DNA from: Macrostomum lignano
Lineage: Eukaryota
Direction of reading: 5' to 3'
Assembly (NCBI GenBank): GCA_002269645.1
Contig: NIVC01000976.1
Span: 186,001 to 250,000, forward strand
DNA: 64,000 bases
The notes beneath the pieces were generated by a model. The model was not told the origin of the DNA and did no database searches. It saw nothing but the letters and a program-made list of their open reading frames with translations. Of this stretch, positions 61,947 through 64,000 are shown piece after piece. A program made the position numbers and the translations under genes. Numbering within the stretch: the first letter of the stretch is position 1; every line of letters starts with the position of its first letter.

Positions 61947-63657
61947 GTTATAACAAATCGGCTCAGCCAATCAGAATCGAGGTGTTCCATTATAACAAAT
62001 TGCGGTCCAGTTGGCGGCTATTTAAACCGGAGTTTTTGGCCCGCTCAGACCCAACTTGGTGCCCCCCTGACCTCCTGCTCCGCCTCCTGGGACTTTGGTC
62101 TAACATAGACCTCCCGGAGCTCGACCGTCGTCTCTTGATCCCCGGATCGCGACTCCCCCCATCATCATCAAGGACAAATCCCCCCGGTCGTCAGCAGCGA
62201 ATATCAAGATTAAGAACATCACCTGCTAGCTATCTGCGAAGATTGTGACATCAGCATCATCCCGGGTCTACAGCTGCGAAGCATCAAGCCGATTTGGTCA
62301 CTGTGGATTACCTGGTCTCCGGCTGTTGAGTTTCTGATTGGTTGGGTGAGAGGCTACCTAGACTTGCTTGATTGGGCGATCCCTTATCTGTCCCCTATTT
62401 TAGTAGCTGGATTAGGCACACACTTTTGCTCATTTTGTTCAGCAGTGCTGTTATCGAGGCAGAAATCACTTAATAATACTGTTAGTAGTCTGAAACTCCA
62501 ATTCAATCTGAGGTGTGAAGTGAATCAGTGAGAAGGTTAAATCTGACAGTTATTTTTATCGGTTTTATTTCTTTGTTCGCCGATGGCTCAGATGAGTAGC
62601 TAAGCTAGTAGGCGCCGGTCACAGTGGACCAATGGCAAGGCAGTTCTCAGGCGATCAATCTATCAAATCAGTGAGCAAAATTGCCAATAGTGCAGAATCG
62701 GCGCTAGAGATGTACTCTGTGCACTCTAGGCCCGCCAAGCGGCTCGGGTAATGAATCATGCGGTCTTTGAGGTTCGAGTTAGTCTATCATCAGCGCTACG
62801 AGCTGAGGCTAGTTGACCCGTTGAAGGCCAAAAGTACAATTCCTCGTATTTAGCGATGTAATAGTACATGTAGCTACCCATAGTCGCGCCACTGCAAGAA
62901 TCCCCTGCACAAGTCCCCTCTGTACCTGCATGGCCAATGCGATCTAGTCCCAGCAGTGTCCCTTATCATCGGCTATGACTTCGAGATTGACAGCAAAAAG
63001 ACACTAGTTGGCAGGTAAGTGCAAAGCCCCTTCTAGTCGGAAGCCCGATTTCGAAAGTTCCGGTGTGGTGAGCCAGGATGTACGGGCTAGTGGCAGCGGG
63101 TTAGTCAATCTGCGGATTAACTAATCTCTACCTTCGAAATTCTCCCTGCTTGTCTCTCGCTGTCCCTCTCTTAGCTATAGGACCTAGACTTCTCGCCACA
63201 GATCAAGCTACGATGGGGCTGACCATCTGACAGGAGTGGGGGGCCAGGACTCTAATTGGTTTATTTCTGAGGCCTGAGACCCGAAGGTGAAAATTTGAAA
63301 ATTTGGCCTCAGTAGTAAGTTGAGTAGTTTGAAAGTTAATCAGTAGTTGCAAGTAGGATAGCTAATTATCTATAAGAGCAGTATGTTTAAATAGATGCTG
63401 ATTGTTGTTGTTGTCTACTTTATCGCTCTTAGATGAGCGGTTGTCAGTATTGCACTGTGATAGCTGGTTTTAGATATAAGTGCATTGTGCGTCAATAGAT
63501 TTTAATAGATCGTGTCAATCTAAGGGGGATTTGCTCGTTTTCTGTCCTAGAACTTCCCTCTTGCCTGCTACTCGCAGGTAACAAAATTCCTGTTCTCTTG
63601 CTGTATATGACTATTTGAATAAAACAACCTTGCTTCATGTCTTTTTGCAATGACTGG

Positions 63658-64000
63658 ATTAGTGCTTCCAGCAACAAAGGCAATTAAAACACGAACTTGG
63701 CACAGAAACGAAGCAGGCCTCCGTCAATAAAAAAGTGTTTCGAACTTCAATCTACGAGTATATTTGGCTTAAAGCAAACTTAACACGAAAAAGAAAAAAA
63801 AATTCACTGCGAGAAGGCAAAGTGAGCCGCCAGTAGAGCGCGACGGGGGTTTAAAAACACCCCTGCCACCCAAGGGGGGGGGCAGGCGGCGATGTACAAT
63901 CAACGCGCTGGGCACTAAAGCCGGTTTGTGCACTTTCGCCGCACAAACCAGTCCATTAGTGCTTCCAGCAACAAAGGCAATTAAAACACGAACTTGGCAC
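63658..64000. repeat. Direct repeat with 297-bp period running off the window end
   Basis: ATTAGTGCTTCCAGCAACAAAGGCAATTAAAACACGAACTTGGCAC at 63658 and 63955. Confidence 0.8.

Overview
This is a eukaryotic (metazoan) genomic window with GT-AG introns, GC-rich exons and very abundant minisatellites. The gene set and repeat style resemble a flatworm such as Macrostomum, but that is inference and not verified. Genes assembled by hand from splice sites and motifs: a divergent universal stress protein (USP)-like gene (-), a PAN/apple-like + fibrinogen-related (FReD) gene (-), a frameshifted neprilysin/M13 peptidase gene (-), a 15-exon UBR3 E3 ligase (-) head-to-head with a 12-exon ANKFY1/Rabankyrin-5 (+), an ER-type thioredoxin/PDI-fold-like protein ending in NEEL (-) head-to-head with an ankyrin-repeat gene (+). 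Mobile elements: RTE-like LINE copies, two tRNA-derived SINE families, a 5'-truncated Ty3/Gypsy element with a long-TIR MITE inside its LTR, an EnSpm/CACTA-like remnant and a non-autonomous hAT with an 8-bp TSD. The most striking unexplained structure is that almost every intron of UBR3 and ANKFY1 holds its own minisatellite. One 28-bp satellite occurs in opposite orientations on either side of two UBR3 exons, and one ANKFY1 array multiplies its own splice donor in frame. No CRISPR array, rRNA or prokaryotic system is supported. Most long ORFs in the supplied track are translations of tandem repeats. Coordinates were counted by eye; array and element ends are approximate.
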